From: Escherichia coli
GTDB taxonomy: Bacteria; Pseudomonadota; Gammaproteobacteria; Enterobacterales; Enterobacteriaceae
DNA length: 64,000 nt
Assembly: GCF_002854065.1 (NCBI RefSeq)
Contig: NZ_CP024147.1
Reading direction: 5' to 3' (one strand)
The notes beneath the pieces are model-generated. The model had not been told where the DNA came from. It saw only the letters and a program-made list of their open reading frames with translations, and did no database searches. A program made the position numbers and the translations under genes. Of this stretch, positions 59,530-64,000 are shown piece by piece. Each line of letters begins with the position of its first letter. The stretch's first letter is position 1.

Positions 59530-59614
59530 GGGTGACCGACAATACCCGGGAGCGATACGAAATATTCGGTCTACGGTTTAAAAGATAACGATTACTGAAG
59601 GATGGACAGAACAC

Positions 59615-60781
59615 ATGAACTTACATGAATATCAGGCAAAACAACTTTTTGCCCGCTATGGCTTACCAGCACCGGTGGGTTATGCCTGTACTACTCCGCG
59701 CGAAGCAGAAGAAGCCGCTTCAAAAATCGGTGCCGGTCCGTGGGTAGTGAAATGTCAGGTTCACGCTGGTGGCCGCGGTAAAGCGGGCGGTGTGAAAGTT
59801 GTAAACAGTAAAGAAGACATCCGTGCTTTTGCAGAAAACTGGCTGGGCAAGCGTCTGGTAACGTATCAAACAGATGCCAATGGCCAACCGGTTAACCAGA
59901 TTCTGGTTGAAGCGGCGACCGATATCGCTAAAGAGCTGTATCTCGGTGCCGTTGTTGACCGTAGTTCACGTCGCGTGGTCTTTATGGCCTCCACCGAAGG
60001 CGGCGTGGAAATCGAAAAAGTGGCGGAAGAAACTCCGCACCTGATCCATAAAGTTGCGCTTGATCCGCTGACTGGCCCGATGCCGTATCAAGGACGCGAG
60101 CTGGCGTTCAAACTGGGTCTGGAAGGTAAACTGGTTCAGCAGTTCACCAAAATCTTCATGGGCCTGGCGACCATTTTCCTGGAGCGCGACCTGGCGCTGA
60201 TCGAAATCAACCCGCTGGTTATTACCAAACAGGGCGATCTGGTCTGCCTCGACGGCAAACTGGGCGCTGATGGCAACGCACTGTTCCGCCAGCCTGATCT
60301 GCGCGAAATGCGCGACCAGTCGCAGGAAGATCCGCGTGAAGCACAGGCTGCACAGTGGGAACTGAACTACGTTGCGCTGGACGGTAACATCGGTTGTATG
60401 GTTAACGGCGCAGGTCTGGCGATGGGTACGATGGACATCGTTAAACTGCACGGCGGAGAACCGGCTAACTTCCTGGACGTTGGCGGCGGCGCAACCAAAG
60501 AACGTGTAACCGAAGCGTTCAAAATCATCCTCTCTGACGACAAAGTGAAAGCCGTTCTGGTTAACATCTTCGGCGGTATCGTTCGTTGCGATCTGATCGC
60601 TGACGGTATCATCGGCGCGGTAGCGGAAGTGGGTGTTAACGTACCGGTCGTGGTACGTCTGGAAGGTAACAACGCCGAACTCGGCGCGAAGAAACTGGCT
60701 GACAGCGGCCTGAATATTATTGCAGCAAAAGGTCTGACGGATGCAGCTCAGCAGGTTGTTGCCGCAGTGGAGGGGAAATAA
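59615..60781 (+). CDS. sucC: succinyl-CoA synthetase beta subunit
   Basis: 388-aa [23 protein letters not shown]... Confidence 0.96.
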
Positions 60782-61650
60782 TGTCCATTTTAATTGATAA
60801 AAACACCAAGGTTATCTGCCAGGGCTTTACCGGTAGCCAGGGGACTTTCCACTCTGAACAGGCCATTGCATACGGCACCAAAATGGTTGGTGGCGTAACT
60901 CCAGGTAAAGGCGGTACTACCCACCTCGGCCTGCCGGTGTTCAACACCGTGCGTGAAGCTGTTGCTGCTACTGGCGCTACCGCTTCTGTTATCTACGTAC
61001 CAGCACCGTTCTGCAAAGACTCCATTCTGGAAGCCATCGACGCAGGCATCAAACTGATTATCACCATCACTGAAGGCATCCCGACGCTGGATATGCTGAC
61101 CGTGAAAGTGAAGCTGGATGAAGCAGGCGTTCGTATGATCGGCCCGAACTGCCCAGGCGTTATCACTCCGGGTGAATGCAAAATCGGTATCCAGCCTGGT
61201 CACATTCACAAACCGGGTAAAGTGGGTATCGTTTCCCGTTCCGGTACACTGACCTATGAAGCGGTTAAACAGACCACGGATTACGGTTTCGGTCAGTCGA
61301 CCTGTGTCGGTATCGGCGGTGACCCGATCCCTGGCTCTAACTTTATCGACATTCTCGAAATGTTCGAAAAAGATCCGCAGACCGAAGCGATCGTGATGAT
61401 CGGTGAGATCGGCGGTAGCGCTGAAGAAGAAGCAGCTGCGTACATCAAAGAGCACGTTACCAAGCCAGTTGTGGGTTACATCGCTGGTGTGACTGCGCCG
61501 AAAGGCAAACGTATGGGCCACGCGGGTGCCATCATTGCCGGTGGGAAAGGGACTGCGGATGAGAAATTCGCTGCTCTGGAAGCCGCAGGCGTGAAAACCG
61601 TTCGCAGCCTGGCGGATATCGGTGAAGCACTGAAAACTGTTCTGAAATAA
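60781..61650 (+). CDS. sucD: succinyl-CoA synthetase alpha subunit
   Basis: 289-aa [27 protein letters not shown]...; start overlaps the sucC stop. Confidence 0.96.
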
Positions 61651-61749
61651 ATATCTGTAATAAGAAATAGCCCTCGCCGCTTCCCTCTACAGGAATGGCG
61701 AAGGGCTGTCGGTTTCGACATGGTTGGCCATCGTATGATGGCCTTTTTT
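61651..61749 (+). ncRNA. sdhX: SdhX (RybD) small RNA derived from the sucD 3'UTR
   Basis: About 100 nt immediately after the sucD stop, with a GC stem (agccctcgcc...ggcgaagggct) and a terminal hairpin ggccatc-gtat-gatggcc plus T6; placement matches the known 3'UTR-derived sRNA; 5' end not determinable here. Confidence 0.6.
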
Positions 61750-62316
61750 ATGCCTTAAACGGTTAACCACGGTCGAAATCTGACTGCAGGCTTGACTGCA
61801 TGACCACAGCCACTGTGGATTGCCGCAACCGACCGCAAGCCACGAATAAGAACGACGGCGAATTTCGAATCGTTACCTGATGCACTGGCTTCCCAGCGTT
61901 TGACCGTAGCGTTAAGTAAATCAACAAAAGCGATGTTCACCGCTTTTCGTCAAGTCGTGCCATTTGTCAGCCAGGATCGGGTCTTTACCCCGGATATTGC
62001 AGCATCGCAAAAATTCTTAGAGGGATATGCTATAAATCAAAAATAAAATCTTTGTTGATTGTTTATCATAATATCCACAGATATGATAAATGATATCAAT
62101 TTAATAATTTTCACTTAATGTGATTCCGGATAATTCGAAAGGCGCTGTGCTTTTCGGATTATTATTATCTGATTAAGATATTTGTCACGCCAGGCTTACT
62201 GGTTTATAAATGTCAATCATGATTCTTATAAATTATTTATTGCTGCTTTGGTTACCATTACTTCGTAATAAGTAATGTATTTTTGATTGTTTAAACTATT
62301 TTTAAGGGACGGCATT

Positions 62317-62416
62317 ATGCGAGGGAAAATACCTAAAACGGAACTGCTGGTGACTTTTGAGGTCGTCGCACGTCATGAAAGTTATACCAGAGCGGCAGAG
62401 GAGTTAGCGTTAACCC
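62317..62416 (+). pseudogene. 5' fragment (33 codons) of a LysR-type transcriptional regulator, truncated by IS1
   Basis: ATG preceded by AAGGGA; MRGKIPKTELLVTFEVVARHESYTRAAEELALT is a LysR-family HTH start; reading frame runs straight into the IS1 terminal repeat at 62417. Confidence 0.7.
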
Positions 62417-62431
62417 GGTAATGACTCCAAC

Positions 62432-62935
62432 TTATTGATAGTGTTTTATGTTCAGATAATGCCCGATGACTTTGTCATGCAGCTCCACCGATTTTGAGAA
62501 CGACAGCGACTTCCGTCCCAGCCGTGCCAGGTGCTGCCTCAGATTCAGGTTATGCCGCTCAATTCGCTGCGTATATCGCTTGCTGATTACGTGCAGCTTT
62601 CCCTTCAGGCGGGATTCATACAGCGGCCAGCCATCCGTCATCCATATCACCACGTCAAAGGGTGACAGCAGGCTCATAAGACGCCCCAGCGTCGCCATAG
62701 TGCGTTCACCGAATACGTGCGCAACAACCGTCTTCCGGAGCCTGTCATACGCGTAAAACAGCCAGCGCTGGCGCGATTTAGCCCCGACGTATCCCCACTG
62801 TTCGTCCATTTCCGCGCAGACGATGACGTCACTGCCCGGCTGTATGCGCGAGGTTACCGACTGCGGCCTGAGTTTTTTAAATGGCGGAAAATCGTGTTGA
62901 GGCCAACGCCCATAATGCGGGCGGTTGCCCGGCAT
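62432..62935 (-). CDS. insB: IS1 InsB (expressed as the InsAB' transposase by -1 frameshift)
   Basis: 167-aa ORF; slippery TTTAAAAAAC on the coding strand (T-run 62873-62878 on plus). Confidence 0.93.
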   Translation of the reverse strand: MPGNRPHYGRWPQHDFPPFKKLRPQSVTSRIQPGSDVIVCAEMDEQWGYVGAKSRQRWLFYAYDRLRKTVVAHVFGERTMATLGRLMSLLSPFDVVIWMTDGWPLYESRLKGKLHVISKRYTQRIERHNLNLRQHLARLGRKSLSFSKSVELHDKVIGHYLNIKHYQ

Positions 62936-63129
62936 CCAACGCCATTCATGGCCATATCAATGATTTTCTGGTGCGTACCGGGTTGAGAAGCGGTGTAAGT
63001 GAACTGCAGTTGCCATGTTTTACGGCAGTGAGAGCAGAGATAGCGCTGATGTCCGGCAGTGCTTTTGCCGTTACGCACCACCCCGTCAGTAGCTGAACAG
63101 GAGGGACAGCTGATAGAAACAGAAGCCAC
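62854..63129 (-). CDS. insA: IS1 InsA
   Basis: 91-aa [46 protein letters not shown]... Confidence 0.95.
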   Translation of the reverse strand: MASVSISCPSCSATDGVVRNGKSTAGHQRYLCSHCRKTWQLQFTYTASQPGTHQKIIDMAMNGVGCRATARIMGVGLNTIFRHLKNSGRSR

Positions 63130-63184
63130 TGGAGCACCTCAAAAACACCATCATACACTAAATCAGTAAGTTGGCAGCATCACC

Positions 63185-63655
63185 CACCACGATTTGCAAA
63201 ATTTCATTGTGCGCCATGGCATCGACAATGCTGGTGGGGAAAGCATGCGAAATAAATACTTTTAGCGTAAAGGGTTCTGCCGCGACCACTCCGGTGGTTT
63301 CGGCACCGTGTGCAACAAAATTAATTCCTGTACCTGGCATGAAGAAATTTACCGTTATCAAGCCTAAGGCAATTGACAGCAATGAGGCGCAAATAAATAA
63401 AAAGAGTGTTTTAGAAAAAATACGACCAAGGGCTTTGGCATCGCCCATTTTAGCAATACCTACCACCAGGGTAGAGACCACTAACGGAGCGATAATCATT
63501 TTTATCAGTCGTAAGAAAATCGTCGTGAATATCGATATTTCTTGCGCATAGAGTTTTGCGGTTTCCGGTGAAGCAGTGTTATTGAGCACTACGCCGATAA
63601 TCATTCCAAGTACCAGCGCCAAAAGAATCATCGTGGTTAAACTTATTTTCTTCAT
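63185..63655 (-). pseudogene. 5' part (~157 codons) of a sodium:dicarboxylate symporter (DAACS) family transporter gene, 3' end replaced by IS1
   Basis: MKKISLTTMILLALVLGMIIGVVLNN...IFLRLIKMIIAPLVVSTLVVGIAKMGD resembles the conserved N-terminus of GltP/GltT/DctA-type carriers; GGAGG RBS; frame runs into the IS1 end. Confidence 0.7.
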
Positions 63656-63700
63656 TTTTTCCTCCATCAGGTGCACGGCGATAAATCAGAATCAGGAGAA

Positions 63701-63732
63701 GTAGATGCCTGAATAGAGATTCAGGCATCTAC
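63701..63732. repeat. perfect 14-bp inverted repeat with 4-nt loop
   Basis: gtagatgcctgaat-agag-attcaggcatctac read directly; lies in the leader upstream of the truncated transporter gene. Confidence 0.6.
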
Positions 63733-63815
63733 CTGCTATTACAACCTTACAAATAGCTGAAGTGTTGAACTGCAATAAGTGACGGGATGTCAGTTGGCTA
63801 AAAGTATTCGGATTT

Positions 63816-64000
63816 TTACAAATCGAAACTCATATTTAATAAAGGTGCATGTTGCTGTGCACCATAGACATCATTGTCACCTACATTCCCGGAGATAATA
63901 TCTCGTGGCATGACGATTTTTACTGCGTTAGAAGGATCAAACCAGACAATACGATGAATAAAGTCAGGTTCAACATGATATAAGCGCGCAATCAGTTCTG
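63816..64000 (-). CDS. 3' end of an unidentified ORF that starts beyond the window end
   Basis: Open reverse-strand frame to the window edge ending ...ELIARLYHVEPDFIHRIVWFDPSNAVKIVMPRDIISGNVGDNDVYGAQQHAPLLNMSFDL; same strand as and upstream of the transporter gene; family not recognised. Confidence 0.4.
   Translation of the reverse strand, partial: ELIARLYHVEPDFIHRIVWFDPSNAVKIVMPRDIISGNVGDNDVYGAQQHAPLLNMSFDL

Larger units (their letters stand above)
62417..63184 (-). mobile_element. IS1 insertion sequence (768 bp)
   Basis: Termini GGTAATGACTCCAACTTATTGAT... and ...ATCAGTAAGTTGGCAGCATCACC match IS1 inverted repeats; encodes InsA and InsB with the A6C frameshift motif. Confidence 0.95.

Noticed and set aside
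61755-61940. 61-codon reverse-strand ORF just downstream of sdhX, considered as a possible mngR remnant
   Set aside because: It starts with GTG directly after an in-frame stop, has no RBS, and shows no GntR/UTRA-like features; probably non-coding.

Overview
This 64 kb window is an Escherichia coli / Shigella-type chromosomal segment, largely collinear with the K-12 asnB-to-sucD region. Gene identities come from reading the supplied ORF translations and from memory of the K-12 map; nothing was searched or aligned. Core content in order: asnB (partial), nagD-nagC-nagA-nagB divergent from nagE, glnS, chiPQ, fur with its uof leader, fldA, ybfE, ybfF, seqA-pgm, potE-speF with the speFL leader peptide, kdpFABCDE, ybfA, then an accessory island, ybgA-phr, dtpD, ybgI-pxpBCA, nei, abrB, the ybgOPQD fimbrial operon, gltA, sdhCDAB-sucABCD and the sdhX 3'UTR sRNA. 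REP/BIME clusters and one ERIC element sit in intergenic regions. No rRNA, tRNA or CRISPR array was seen. Two places depart from the K-12 layout. (1) Between ybfA and ybgA there is a 6.7 kb island: an Eag/DUF1795-type chaperone gene, a 1544-aa Rhs protein with a prePAAR motif, two membrane-spanning regions and a split PAAR domain, a sharply AT-rich C-terminal toxin tip of unrecognised family with an overlapping immunity gene, and a convergent SymE-like toxin gene. No type VI secretion structural genes are in the window. The toxin tip plus immunity pair is the best candidate for something undescribed; the surrounding architecture is an established class. (2) Downstream of sucD/sdhX the K-12 mngR region is absent. 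Instead an AT-rich block carries the first 33 codons of a LysR-type regulator, cut by an IS1 element that has no target-site duplication and abuts the truncated 5' part of a sodium:dicarboxylate-symporter-family transporter gene.
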